The notes: generated by a model not told the origin, from the sequence alone. Positions 1-10,174 are shown, numbered from the stretch's first letter. The stretch is DNA of 64,000 bases from a virus (IMGVR_UViG_3300042997_001039:1-64000), one strand, 5' to 3'. Numbers and translations: made by a program.

Positions 1-579
1 GGTACAATCAAAGATGTATGGGAACGACGATTGACAGAATTGCGAGAAGTCACTGCTGGACGAGATTCTGATTTGGTAGAAGGTTACGGACATTTTGGTA
101 AACTGCAGGTACGCAACTTTATAAAATTTGCAGAACAGGTTGTTGCCGACTGCGACACTTATCGTCAGATCAAGAAAGTGGAACGCAAACCCCGAGCCAA
201 AAAAGCAGTACCACTTGAAAAACAAGTAGCCAAGTTTAAGTATCTTAAAGAATTTGCAGAGCTTAAACTCAAGAGTGAATCACCTACTAAACTTGTGGGG
301 GCAAGTGAAGCATGGTTTTACGACGTTGCCAAACGTAAGTTAATCCACGTGGTAGCAGATTCGCACCTGGGCACATTTTTTGTCAAAGGATCTGCTATTG
401 TGGGATTTGACCCAGCTACTACTGTGCAAAAAACCCTACGCAAACCAGCAGAACAGATCCGGAGCATTGTCAGTGTAGGGAAACCGGCTGCTCGTAAAGC
501 GTTCAAGGAAATCAAAGCCACTGAAGTTAAATTCAACGGACGTGGCAACGATAACTTGATCATTCTGAAAACATACTAA
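1..579 (+). CDS. Conserved phage hypothetical protein, 5'-truncated
   Basis: The frame is open from base 1 (GTIKDVWERRL...). The track start at 31 is an internal TTG. Lys-rich, with no recognisable motif. Confidence 0.7.
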   Translation, partial: GTIKDVWERRLTELREVTAGRDSDLVEGYGHFGKLQVRNFIKFAEQVVADCDTYRQIKKVERKPRAKKAVPLEKQVAKFKYLKEFAELKLKSESPTKLVGASEAWFYDVAKRKLIHVVADSHLGTFFVKGSAIVGFDPATTVQKTLRKPAEQIRSIVSVGKPAARKAFKEIKATEVKFNGRGNDNLIILKTY

Positions 580-582
580 ATA
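577..582 (+). promoter_or_regulatory. T4-like late promoter core TAAATA upstream of the neck gene
   Basis: TAAATA lies just before the structural gene, and the same motif recurs before more than 15 other late-type genes. Confidence 0.65.
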
Positions 583-602
583 TTGGGGCAAGGAGCCCCA
601 AT

Positions 603-1364
603 ATGGCAGACCAAACACTAGATCCACTTAAAAAACAACTGATTGAATATGTACAGTTACAGCTGGCCAGCGGTATCATTGACATTGAAATGGACCCGTC
701 GCACTTTGAAGCAGCATATCAGCGTACTATTGGTGTATACCGCCAACGTGCTCAAAATGCCTACGAAGAAAGCTACAGCTTTATGCAGTTGTTGGACAAT
801 GTAAACGAATACACCTTGCCACAAGAAGTCACACAGGTACGCCAAATCTTCCGTCGTACCATTGGCGTCACTGGCACTGGTGGACAGAGTTTTGATCCGT
901 TTGGTGCAGCAACCTTAAACGTGTATCTCTTAAACTTTAATAATGCTTCTGGCGGCCTGGCCACATACGATTTCTATCAACAATATGTTGAGTTGGCAGC
1001 ACGTATGTTTGGCGGCTACATCAACTACACTTGGAATCCTGTGACCAAGAAGTTGCAGCTAATTCGTGACCCACGTGGTTCCGGTGAAACTGTCCTACTC
1101 TGGACCTATAACCTGCGTCCAGAAATTGTGCTGTTAAGTGACTATCAGATTAGCCAATGGATACGTGATTACATGGTGGGTGCCAGCAAGTACATCATCG
1201 GTGAAGCCCGTGAAAAATTTGGTACTATTGCAGGACCTCAAGGCGGTGGAACCTTAAACGGTGCAGCTATGAAATCAGAAGGACAGGCCATTATGGACCG
1301 TTGTTTGGAAGATCTCAAGCTGTATGTGGATGGATCTCAGCCCTTGACCTTGGTGATCGGCTAA
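603..1364 (+). CDS. Neck/head-completion protein (T4 gp13-like)
   Basis: 253 aa. YVQLQLASGIIDIEMD start, a W..DY...K..IGEAR.KF..I.GP.GG.TLNG C-terminus typical of gp13-like neck proteins, and proximity to the sheath gene. Confidence 0.7.
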   Translation: MADQTLDPLKKQLIEYVQLQLASGIIDIEMDPSHFEAAYQRTIGVYRQRAQNAYEESYSFMQLLDNVNEYTLPQEVTQVRQIFRRTIGVTGTGGQSFDPFGAATLNVYLLNFNNASGGLATYDFYQQYVELAARMFGGYINYTWNPVTKKLQLIRDPRGSGETVLLWTYNLRPEIVLLSDYQISQWIRDYMVGASKYIIGEAREKFGTIAGPQGGGTLNGAAMKSEGQAIMDRCLEDLKLYVDGSQPLTLVIG

Positions 1365-1371
1365 CAACATG

Positions 1372-1400
1372 TAGACACAACATCAAGTTCTTGCTATAAT
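1372..1400 (+). promoter_or_regulatory. Sigma70-type promoter (TAGACA-17-TATAAT)
   Basis: -35 at 1372-1377 and -10 at 1395-1400, preceded by TGC. The ATG lies 7 nt after the -10. Confidence 0.7.
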
Positions 1401-1406
1401 AACTTT

Positions 1407-1931
1407 ATGGCAGACTTGATGATCGACCTCGAGGGCCTGGGAACAGGCCCAGACACCACTATCCTAACAATCGCAGCTCAAAGCTTTGATCCTCTTGGAA
1501 CTGGCTACTACGAGCAGTTTTATTACGCCCGCGTCACACTGGAAAGCCAAGACACCCGCAGCATACAACAAAGCACAATAGATTGGTGGGCTACTCAGCC
1601 TGCCTCTGCCCGAGATGAAGCATTTAACGAAGAAGGTAGAATTCCGTTAGATCAGGCCTTGGACGAGCTAGGTCGATTGATTTGGCATAGCAAGCGTGTC
1701 TGGGCCCAAGGCCCCACTTACGACATGAACATCCTGGAACACGCATACAAAAGCTACGGAAAACCTATTCCCTGGCAGTTTTATGCTGTGCGTGACAGCA
1801 GGTCAGTCTGTAGCTTATGGCCTGACCGTCCTAACCCACCAACAACACACCATGCCCTAGAAGATTGCCGTAAGCAGATTGCCATTGTACAAGCAACACT
1901 TAAACATTTGAACGTAACGGAACTATCATGA
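1407..1931 (+). CDS. DEDDh 3'-5' exonuclease/exoribonuclease (Rv2179c-like)
   Basis: Motifs LMIDLEGL (D-x-E), WAQGPTYD, RDSR and HHALEDC (H..L.D). Confidence 0.85.
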   Translation: MADLMIDLEGLGTGPDTTILTIAAQSFDPLGTGYYEQFYYARVTLESQDTRSIQQSTIDWWATQPASARDEAFNEEGRIPLDQALDELGRLIWHSKRVWAQGPTYDMNILEHAYKSYGKPIPWQFYAVRDSRSVCSLWPDRPNPPTTHHALEDCRKQIAIVQATLKHLNVTELS

Positions 1932-2566
1932 TCATTGGAATTTGCGGCCTGATTGGTTCAGGCAAAGACACTGTGGCAGACTACTTGGTAAACGTACACG
2001 GCTTCAGACGTGAAAGCTTTGCTGGCACACTTAAAGATGCTGTAGCCGCAGTGTTTGGATGGGATCGCACCTTGTTAGAAGGGCGTACCACAGCATCGCG
2101 GGAATGGCGTGAACAACGCGACGAATGGTGGAGCCAACGGTTAGGGCAAGAAATTACCCCACGTTGGGTTTTACAGTACTGGGGCACAGAAGTCTTGCGT
2201 CGAGGGTTTCACGACGATATTTGGATTGCTTCTATTGAAAACAAAATACGCAACAGCAGTGACGACATAGTGCTCAGCGATTGTCGTTTCCCCAACGAAA
2301 TTGGCAGTATACGTGTCGCCGGCGGTGTTATTGTACGCACTTGCCGTGGTGCCGATCCTGAATGGTTTCATGCTGCGGAAGTGGTAAATCGTGGCCCTAC
2401 GCAAAATCTAAGTTGGGCCAGTAACAAGTCTATCTTAGACAACTACAAAGTGCATGCCAGCGAAACTGCTTGGATTGGCACAGAATTTGATCATGAGTTA
2501 GACAACAATGGCTCAATGGATCACTTGTATGCTCAAGTGGATCGCATTGTTAAAAATCCGGCGTAA
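1928..2566 (+). CDS. Deoxynucleoside monophosphate kinase (T4 gp1-like)
   Basis: P-loop GLIGSGKDT, FA..LK.A, R..LQ..GTE..R, SDCRFPNE, H.SE and NNGS. Confidence 0.9.
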   Translation: MIIGICGLIGSGKDTVADYLVNVHGFRRESFAGTLKDAVAAVFGWDRTLLEGRTTASREWREQRDEWWSQRLGQEITPRWVLQYWGTEVLRRGFHDDIWIASIENKIRNSSDDIVLSDCRFPNEIGSIRVAGGVIVRTCRGADPEWFHAAEVVNRGPTQNLSWASNKSILDNYKVHASETAWIGTEFDHELDNNGSMDHLYAQVDRIVKNPA

Positions 2567-2894
2567 TATCCCCTGCCCTCCAGGGTAGTTCTAATCTTAC
2601 AACTTCAGCTATACAATTTAAACACACGGTTTTTAAGTTCCGTGTTTCACAGTTGTTGAGATCACCATCTATGTGATATACCATTAGCTGTGTATGATGC
2701 CTTGCTCGAAACCCACATCTATCACATGTGGGTTTTTTCTTATAGCCAGCTGTGAACCATCTTGGCCGTGCCGGTTTGATCCTTTTGTCCTGCCTAATAC
2801 ATACGTTACACCGGCTGCGATAGTACAGTTTTTCACGGTGATATCCATTTATGGCAGCGGGATTTTTATTGCAAACCTTGCATAGCGGTCTCAT
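2550..2894 (-). CDS. Zn-binding HNH-like protein with a degenerate active site
   Basis: Three CxxC pairs plus C..CG...HIDGDLNNC...NL..VCLNC. Late promoter 5 nt upstream. Confidence 0.7.
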   Translation of the reverse strand: MRPLCKVCNKNPAAINGYHREKLYYRSRCNVCIRQDKRIKPARPRWFTAGYKKKPTCDRCGFRARHHTQLMVYHIDGDLNNCETRNLKTVCLNCIAEVVRLELPWRAGDITPDF

Positions 2895-2994
2895 ACGACT
2901 ATTTATTCAGCAGACCTTAATCAAGGCATCCGTAACTGCCAGAATTTTAATCTATTGAATAAATATCAGTATCCAATTTTAATAAGGAACCACC

Positions 2995-5900
2995 ATGGCA
3001 CTAGTATCTCCCGGCGTAGAAGTTACAGTAATCGATGAATCGACTTACGTTCCTGCAGCCACTAATTCAGTACCTTACATCCTAATTGCTACGGCACAAG
3101 ACAAAGTGTCTGGCACAAGTGCTTTAACAGCAGTTGGAACCACTGCGGCTGAAGCTAACAAATTGAATTTAGTTACCAGCCAGCGTGATTTGGCAACATT
3201 ATACGGCAATCCATTCTTTTATAAAACTTCAGCTGGTACACCAATTAACGGTTACGAGCTAAACGAATATGGTTTATTAGCAGCTTTTTCAGTATTAGGT
3301 ATTAGTAACCGTGCATACGTTCAACGTGCCGATGTAAATTTGACTGAGCTTACAGCCAGTTTAGTTCGTCCCACAGGTGATCCAGCAGATGGAACATATT
3401 GGTTAGATACTGCAACTACTCTTTGGGGTATTAATCAATGGAATCAAACTACAGGTGCATTTACTGTAGCAACTCCGATTGTAATTACTTCTACTCAAGA
3501 TCTTACTGGTGGTATTCCTTCTGACAGTGTTGGTTCAATTGGCAACTACGCTGTAGTAGCAACTAATGCCAACAATCCAGTTTATTATAAAAATCTAAAC
3601 AACGATTGGGTTTTAGTAGGATCAGATGCATGGAAGAACAGCTGGACTACAGTTCAGGGTACACAATCAGTATCTGGTGCTGCATTAACAGTGGGCAATA
3701 CAATCATTATCAACGGTACTACTGTTGCAGTTCCAGCTGGTCAGACATTGGCCAGCTTGGTAGGAGCAATCAACACAGCCGCTATTGCAGGAGTCACTGC
3801 TGAAACCAATCTCACACGTACCAGTAACCAACTATGGTTGTATGGTGACAGTGCAGCAGAAGCTGATGGTAGTAGTGCTGATGGCGGCGTGATCAATATT
3901 GATCCAGCCAGTACAGCAGGATTATTGACCACATTGGGAATCACAGCCGGCAGCAATTTAACACCTGCCCTACAGCAAAGTGCCAACTTCACAGTGCCTC
4001 GTTGGAGAACTACAGATACAAGTCCACGTCCAACAGGATCAGTTTGGAACAAAACTACCAGCGTGAATCAAGGTGCCAACATTGTAGTCAAGCAATACGA
4101 TGCCACTTTAGATACGTTTGCCACTAAAGCAGCTCCGATCTATCAAAACGATCAAAGTGCTATCGCAGCTTACGATCCCACTGGCGGCGGCAAAAACATT
4201 CCAGCCGGAAGCCTGTACACACAATACAATGTGAGTCCGGAAGATTATGGTCCTGGTTACAACAACACATTTACACTGAAAGTATTTGAAAGAATTGCCA
4301 CCGGTGTTACCACTATTGTGGGCGATGATACTACTCCTGTATTTGTATCTACGGAAACATTTACAATTCAAACCAGCCAGCTCAATAGCACAGCATTGAC
4401 TACTGCTGCCACTGTTACATTAACAGGCACTACCGCAGCTGACTTTGTGGCTGCTGTGAGTGCTGCTGCTGTACCCAATGTGTTGGCCACAGTGACATCT
4501 ACTGGTGCTATTGCATTTACTCAGCTGCAAGGCGGCGTAATTGTACTGAAAGATATTTCAGGTACTCCTGTTGCAGATGCTGGATTCAACACCACAGTTG
4601 ACGGTGTTAGAACAGCAGGCGAAGATGCTGGATTGATTCTCAGCGATTGGGTAGCATTGACTTACACAGCAGATTCAGTGGCACCAGATCAAGATCCAGC
4701 TGACGGACGTCTATGGTACTACAGTGCTGTCAACCAAGTTGACATCATGATCAATGATGGTACATCGTGGGTAGGCTATCAAACAGTGACCAATGATGTG
4801 CGTGGTTATAACCTAACACAAACAGATCCAGCAGGTCCTATAGTTGCAACAACAGCACCGACAGAGCAAAGCGACGGAACTGCGTTGGTTTACGGCGATT
4901 TGTGGGTTGACACCAGCAACTTAGAAATTTATCCACAACTGTATCGTTGGGAATTGGTTGATGGAGTGGATCAGTGGGTACTAATTGACAACACAGACCA
5001 AACTACAGAAAATGGTATTTTGTTTGCGGATGCACGTTGGGCTCCTAACGGAACAACAGATCCAATCACTGGAAACATTCCAACTATTGTCAGTTTGCTG
5101 ACCAGCAGTTACTTGGATCTTGACGCACCTGATTATGCTGTGTATCCAACAGGAACTCTGCTGTGGAACACACGTCGCAATGGGTACAATGTGAAATCAT
5201 TCCAGGTTGATTACTTCAACGCAACTGATTTCTCAATTGATGCCTACAGCAATGTGGCAGCATACGCAGTTGGTGATAAAGTTCTTTATAATGGTGTTGT
5301 ATATGTTTGTATTTTAACCAGTACTGGTAACTTGCCAACTAATGGTACTTACTGGTCATTGTTAGAAACTAACGCATGGGTCAATGCCAGCGGTAATCGT
5401 GCAGATGGCTCGCCCAACATGGGACGCTTGGCTCAACGTGCTATTATTGTAGCTGCAATGAAATCGGCAATTGACACACAAGAAACACTGAGAGAAGAAC
5501 AAAATCAGTTCAATCTTATTGCTTGCCCAGGTTACCCAGAGCTGATCACTAACATGGTTGCACTCAACAACGAACGCACTAACACTGCATTCATTGTGGG
5601 TGATACTCCAATGCGATTAGGTCCAACTGGCAACGACATTGTGGATTTTGCTACCAACAACGGCGGATTAGGTACAGATGCTGCTGACGGATTAAGCATA
5701 AGCGATCCTTATGTGGGTGTGTTCTATCCCAGCTGCCAAACTGTAGATACTACAGGCAGTGTAGTTGTACAACCACCAAGTCACATGATGTTGCGTACAA
5801 TTATTCGCAGCGACGAAGTAGCGTTCCCATGGTTTGCACCAGCAGGTACTCTGCGTGGATTGGTTGATAATGCCACAAGATTAGGTTACATCAATGCTGC

Positions 5901-6384
5901 CACCAGCGAGTTTATACCGATTGCAACAGGTCAAGGTGTACGTGATGTATTGTATACCAACAAGATCAACCCAATCACATTCATCCCAGGTACTGGTATT
6001 GTGAACTATGGTAACAAGACTATTTCTGCTACACCAAGTGCGTTGGATCGCATTAACGTGGCCAGATTGGTAGCATTCTTGCGTTTACGTCTGGAAGAAA
6101 TTGGCAACAATTTCTTGTTTGAACCAAACGATGCATTGACTCGTAGTCAGATCACAAACGTGATCGAAAGTCTCATGCAAGACCTACGTGCCAAACGTGC
6201 CTTGTATGATTACCTGATTGTGTGCGATGAAAGCAACAACACACCAGCCAGAATTGATGCCAACGAACTATATGTTGACATTGCAATTGAGCCAGTGAAA
6301 GCTGTTGAGTTCATTTACATTCCAGTTCGCATCAAGAACACAGGCGAGATTGCTGCTGGTAACCCAGCTGCAAACGCAGTTTAA
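2995..6384 (+). CDS. gp18: Contractile tail sheath protein (gp18-like) with large insertion domains
   Basis: MALVSPGVEVTVIDES start and a sheath C-terminus (WFAPAG..RG, INPI....G.G...YG.KT, LDRINVARL, FLFEPND..TR, EFIYIP). Confidence 0.95.
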   Translation: MALVSPGVEVTVIDESTYVPAATNSVPYILIATAQDKVSGTSALTAVGTTAAEANKLNLVTSQRDLATLYGNPFFYKTSAGTPINGYELNEYGLLAAFSVLGISNRAYVQRADVNLTELTASLVRPTGDPADGTYWLDTATTLWGINQWNQTTGAFTVATPIVITSTQDLTGGIPSDSVGSIGNYAVVATNANNPVYYKNLNNDWVLVGSDAWKNSWTTVQGTQSVSGAALTVGNTIIINGTTVAVPAGQTLASLVGAINTAAIAGVTAETNLTRTSNQLWLYGDSAAEADGSSADGGVINIDPASTAGLLTTLGITAGSNLTPALQQSANFTVPRWRTTDTSPRPTGSVWNKTTSVNQGANIVVKQYDATLDTFATKAAPIYQNDQSAIAAYDPTGGGKNIPAGSLYTQYNVSPEDYGPGYNNTFTLKVFERIATGVTTIVGDDTTPVFVSTETFTIQTSQLNSTALTTAATVTLTGTTAADFVAAVSAAAVPNVLATVTSTGAIAFTQLQGGVIVLKDISGTPVADAGFNTTVDGVRTAGEDAGLILSDWVALTYTADSVAPDQDPADGRLWYYSAVNQVDIMINDGTSWVGYQTVTNDVRGYNLTQTDPAGPIVATTAPTEQSDGTALVYGDLWVDTSNLEIYPQLYRWELVDGVDQWVLIDNTDQTTENGILFADARWAPNGTTDPITGNIPTIVSLLTSSYLDLDAPDYAVYPTGTLLWNTRRNGYNVKSFQVDYFNATDFSIDAYSNVAAYAVGDKVLYNGVVYVCILTSTGNLPTNGTYWSLLETNAWVNASGNRADGSPNMGRLAQRAIIVAAMKSAIDTQETLREEQNQFNLIACPGYPELITNMVALNNERTNTAFIVGDTPMRLGPTGNDIVDFATNNGGLGTDAADGLSISDPYVGVFYPSCQTVDTTGSVVVQPPSHMMLRTIIRSDEVAFPWFAPAGTLRGLVDNATRLGYINAATSEFIPIATGQGVRDVLYTNKINPITFIPGTGIVNYGNKTISATPSALDRINVARLVAFLRLRLEEIGNNFLFEPNDALTRSQITNVIESLMQDLRAKRALYDYLIVCDESNNTPARIDANELYVDIAIEPVKAVEFIYIPVRIKNTGEIAAGNPAANAV

Positions 6385-6400
6385 TGGTGTTGTAATAACG

Positions 6401-6432
6401 AAAATGGGGTCTTTTGGCCCCATTTTTTTTTT
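6401..6432 (+). terminator. Rho-independent terminator after the sheath gene
   Basis: AAAATGGGGTC-TTTT-GGCCCCATTTT followed by a long T run. Confidence 0.85.
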
Positions 6433-6475
6433 GATCAGATCGATCATAAATAATTGCATATAGGAGATATACAAC

Positions 6476-7105
6476 ATGACCGTTACATCACTTTCAAGAA
6501 TGACGGTACCTTTGGGAACAGATACAGCCGGTGCAGGTTCGCAAGGTATGTTGATGCCCAAATTAAAGTACCGTTTTAGAGTAACACTATTAAATTTTGG
6601 GTTTTCAAGTCCAGTGACTGAATTATCTAAACAGGTAATCGATTTTACCAGACCTTCGCTTAGTTTCGAAGATATACCTATCGAAATTTACAACTCACGT
6701 ATATACGTGGCTGGTAAACACACTTGGGAATCATTGACTCTAAATGTAAGAGATGATGCCAGCGGACAAGTTAGCCGTTTAGTTGGGCAACAACTGCAGA
6801 AACAGTTCGACTTCCAAGAGCAAGCATCTGCTGCTTCTGGTATTGATTATAAATTTGTTACCAAATGCGAGATCTTGAACGGTGCCAACGGAACATTAGA
6901 TGCCGGCCCTGCGTCTGTGTTAGAAACATGGGAAATGTACGGTTGTTACATTCAACAGGCCAACTACAACGATCTCAACTACGGTACAAACGAAGCTGTT
7001 ACTATTTCGTTGACCATACGTTTTGATAATGCAACACAAGATCCATTGGGTCAAGGTGTAGGTTCACCAACACCGCGTACTATCAGTGATGTAGCAACAG
7101 GATAA
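6476..7105 (+). CDS. gp19: Tail tube protein (gp19-like)
   Basis: Follows the sheath gene. Motifs PKLKYRFRV, YVAGKHTWE, W...GC......Y.DL.Y and L.IRFDNA. Late promoter at 6447-6452 and SD GGAG. Confidence 0.9.
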   Translation: MTVTSLSRMTVPLGTDTAGAGSQGMLMPKLKYRFRVTLLNFGFSSPVTELSKQVIDFTRPSLSFEDIPIEIYNSRIYVAGKHTWESLTLNVRDDASGQVSRLVGQQLQKQFDFQEQASAASGIDYKFVTKCEILNGANGTLDAGPASVLETWEMYGCYIQQANYNDLNYGTNEAVTISLTIRFDNATQDPLGQGVGSPTPRTISDVATG

Positions 7106-7112
7106 TTCTGCC

Positions 7113-8231
7113 GTGGCATATGGCCAGAATAATCTAAACACAGCCGCGGACTTCAAACTCCGCGACTATCAACATGCACAAAGAGTGTTCCTTACCAATG
7201 GGTATGAGAACACTCCGCGTTATAAGTTTCTATTCCATGTGTATTTCAACATAAACCCTGCTGTTTTATCGGCCTATAAAGATCTTTACAGCTTAACTGA
7301 ATTAAGAACTTTGGGATTACTGGTCAAGAATATTGACCTTCCCAAGTTCAAAATGGCCACTGATACACTCAATCAATACAATCGTAAACGAATCGTACAG
7401 AAAAAAATTGACTACGAGCCTGTGCAGGTAGAAATGCACGATGACGGCGGCGACCTGGTTCGTAACATGTGGTACAATTACTTCAGTTACTACTACAAAG
7501 ATCCAACTCAGCAGTACGGTAGCCAGCCAGCCATGAACGGTGCTTTGGGTATCAATGCCACCGGTGCACAAGGTTTCTCCTACAACAACCGAGACATCTA
7601 TGCTGCCAACCGTGCTGTAAATGACTGGGGTTACATAGGTGAAGCATACGATGACAACAACAAGTCAGCCAGCGGCAAGCCACCGTTCTTTTCAGACATT
7701 TCTATATACGGATTTAATCAGCACAAATTTGTGCAGTATGTGTTGATTAATCCTCTAATCTCATCTTGGGAACATGACAAGTACGATTACAAAGAAGATG
7801 CTGGTGTTATGCAGAACAACATCAGTATACAGTACGAAACTGTAAAATATTATAGCGGTGCCATCGGCGAAACACGCCCTGACACCAATGTGGAAGGATT
7901 TGCAGATCCAGCATCATATGATACTACTCCCAGTTCATTGAGTAGACCCAGTGGGCAGGCCAGTGTGATAGGACAAGGCAGTATACTCAACACTGGCATA
8001 GGTGCTCGCACAGATTTGAATGCAGGATCGCCATTGAACGGCGTGGGCAATCCACAACAGGCAGATGTTAATTATAACACAGCCGGATTGAATCAAACTG
8101 ATCGACCATCCACTATTCTCAACAACGGATTAGTTCCAAACGTAAGAAATACCTTGCCAGGCCAAGTAAGACTGCAACCAAATGCCATAAACAATCAAAG
8201 TGGCATATTCCCTACACCACCAAGACCGTAA
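7113..8231 (+). CDS. Tube-fold baseplate/tail-tube initiator protein (gp48/gp54-like)
   Basis: gp19-like fold features (P..KFLFHVYF, VK.IDLPKF, NQYNRKR, I.YE). Adjacent to the tube gene. Confidence 0.7.
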   Translation: MAYGQNNLNTAADFKLRDYQHAQRVFLTNGYENTPRYKFLFHVYFNINPAVLSAYKDLYSLTELRTLGLLVKNIDLPKFKMATDTLNQYNRKRIVQKKIDYEPVQVEMHDDGGDLVRNMWYNYFSYYYKDPTQQYGSQPAMNGALGINATGAQGFSYNNRDIYAANRAVNDWGYIGEAYDDNNKSASGKPPFFSDISIYGFNQHKFVQYVLINPLISSWEHDKYDYKEDAGVMQNNISIQYETVKYYSGAIGETRPDTNVEGFADPASYDTTPSSLSRPSGQASVIGQGSILNTGIGARTDLNAGSPLNGVGNPQQADVNYNTAGLNQTDRPSTILNNGLVPNVRNTLPGQVRLQPNAINNQSGIFPTPPRP

Positions 8232-8244
8232 TAAGTAGAAGATA

Positions 8245-8604
8245 ATGGGCAGCGTAAACACCATCAACCCCAATGTAGACAACAGTGTTAGAATCTTTGA
8301 CGGATTCAACGATTTTGTGCTGGAAGTTGATTCTAACACATACAGTGTTGTCAACAGTTTTTTTGAAAGTATTTTCACTGACAAACAGGCTGCTGCCAAT
8401 CTCACTGATACTTTTTTTCGTATTGCTTCGCAAACTGGTGTACCTGTTTTAGATTTATTGGCACAGGTAGAAGGACAAGATTCCATCACAGTGACAACAA
8501 TCATGGCCTACTACCTCAACGGCCTGCGTAGTACCAGCACACTGATTGGTGTAAATGCTGTGGCCACTCCCAATTATTATACTGCCCGCAATGTTGCATC
8601 ATGA
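8245..8604 (+). CDS. Hypothetical virion/baseplate protein
   Basis: 119 aa inside the tail operon. Confidence 0.6.
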   Translation: MGSVNTINPNVDNSVRIFDGFNDFVLEVDSNTYSVVNSFFESIFTDKQAAANLTDTFFRIASQTGVPVLDLLAQVEGQDSITVTTIMAYYLNGLRSTSTLIGVNAVATPNYYTARNVAS

Positions 8605-9032
8605 CCAAATTTGCACAAGGCATTTATAAAGTTCAAAATCCTGCCAAATATGTTGGTACTCGTGAGCCAAGATATAGATCGAGTTGGGAACATACCTTTA
8701 TGACCTTTTGCGATACCAATGATCACATCCTGCAGTGGGCCAGTGAATCAGTGACAATACCCTACCGCCATCCGTTTACCGGTAAAATGACCAATTATAT
8801 TCCAGATTTCCTAATCACATATCAAGGCAGTGCTGGAAAAACTGTTGCCGAATTAATCGAAATCAAACCACGGAAACAAAGTGTGATGGAGGGCAAAATG
8901 TCGGAACGAGACCGTGCTGTGGTAGCTGTCAATCACTACAAATGGGACGCCGCATCTAAATGGGCACGCCGAAATGGCCTGACATTTAGAGTCCTTAACG
9001 AAGATCAGATTTACAGAAATGGTAGTCGTTAG
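8601..9032 (+). CDS. Head completion nuclease (T4 gp4-like, TnsA-N fold)
   Basis: YRSSWE..FM..CD, W.SE...IPY, Y.PDF, IEIKP..Q, N..KW.AA and F.VLNE. Confidence 0.9.
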   Translation: MTKFAQGIYKVQNPAKYVGTREPRYRSSWEHTFMTFCDTNDHILQWASESVTIPYRHPFTGKMTNYIPDFLITYQGSAGKTVAELIEIKPRKQSVMEGKMSERDRAVVAVNHYKWDAASKWARRNGLTFRVLNEDQIYRNGSR

Positions 9033-9046
9033 CCGGTAAATACGGT

Positions 9047-9532
9047 ATGACAAAAAAATTAGAAGAAATTTTTGGCTTCCCACCTGCAGATGATGTAGTA
9101 GAATCTGCACCTGGTGTTACCAAAGAAAATATCCCGGCCTTGTCCGAAAGTTTAGCACAGTTAGACAAAATAGAACTGGCCTTGCCTGCTGTGCGTGGAT
9201 TAGAATCCACGGATGGTGAAATGGATGATCTGGCCACCAAGGCCACAGAAAGCTTTGACAATCTCATGGACTTGGGCATGCAGGTTGACAGCCGTTATGC
9301 CAGCGAAATATTTGGGGTAGCCAGCCAGATGCTGGGACATGCTATCACAGCCAAGAACGCCAAGATCAACAAAAAATTAAAAATAATTGAGCTACAGCTT
9401 AAAAAAGCCAAGTTAGATATTGACACTGGCAGCGACAACAATCTACCCACAGCTGAAGGACATGTGCTGGACCGCAACGAACTGTTGACACGTTTGTTAA
9501 ACAAGTCTGAACCAGATGCTCCAAAAAGTTAG
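9047..9532 (+). CDS. Helical protein, possible terminase small subunit
   Basis: Coiled-coil core, R..E..SQML..A, a DRNELL tail, and a late promoter. The function is inferred from size and context. Confidence 0.45.
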   Translation: MTKKLEEIFGFPPADDVVESAPGVTKENIPALSESLAQLDKIELALPAVRGLESTDGEMDDLATKATESFDNLMDLGMQVDSRYASEIFGVASQMLGHAITAKNAKINKKLKIIELQLKKAKLDIDTGSDNNLPTAEGHVLDRNELLTRLLNKSEPDAPKS

Positions 9533-9562
9533 TTGTGCTAAATATATCCATAGGACTATGAC

Positions 9563-10174
9563 ATGAAAACATTTTCACAATACCTGACAGAAAGCGAAAA
9601 AACCTTTGATTATCGCATCAAAATCTGCGGTGATGTCGATGCCGAATTCTTAAAGATGTTCAAGGAAAAACTTAAAAAGTTTGATCCTGTTAAGATTTCA
9701 GATCCAAAGACCACACCGGTACAGGCCAAACCTGCAGATTTTCCAGGCATGACTAATCAACGAGTAACCATAATTGATGGCAGTTTTAGATATCCAGCTA
9801 CTCCTCCACAGATTGAACAGATGGCAGAGCTGTGTGGCTTAACTGCTGACCATGTTTGCGTTAACGATCTGCACTGGGCTGAAGGTATGGACCGTGAATT
9901 GTTGGGCATCGAAGAAGAAAATGCTGCACCAATCCTGGGCAAAGATTATCCAGCCGATTCAGCAGAACAGAAACGACTCAAGAAAGAATATGCTGATGGC
10001 AACCAGCAAGTGGTTCGCAATTCAGCTGAAAAAGCTCAGTGGACCGTGGCTGGTGGTCGAACACCTCCTGCCGTAACCACAAATGATTTGCCACAGGGTG
10101 TCCAAAGCCCTATGACACGAGTAAAACGCCCTCCACGTCCGGCCACCGGATTTCAAGCTCAAGGAAAAGTATAA
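9563..10174 (+). CDS. Probable internal head/prohead protein
   Basis: MKTFSQYLTE|S resembles T4 capsid-targeting and gp21-cleavage N-termini. Late promoter at 9539-9544. Confidence 0.6.
   Translation: MKTFSQYLTESEKTFDYRIKICGDVDAEFLKMFKEKLKKFDPVKISDPKTTPVQAKPADFPGMTNQRVTIIDGSFRYPATPPQIEQMAELCGLTADHVCVNDLHWAEGMDRELLGIEEENAAPILGKDYPADSAEQKRLKKEYADGNQQVVRNSAEKAQWTVAGGRTPPAVTTNDLPQGVQSPMTRVKRPPRPATGFQAQGKV

Noticed and set aside
6432-6446. TGATC-AGATC-GATCA mini-palindrome between the terminator and the tube promoter
   Set aside because: Only a 5-bp stem, and GATC is common throughout the window. There is no second instance to support a function.
8601-9032. TnsA-like domain suggesting a Tn7 transposon
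   Set aside because: It matches the T4 gp4 head-completion nuclease in a tail/head operon. No tnsB, tnsC or terminal repeats are present.
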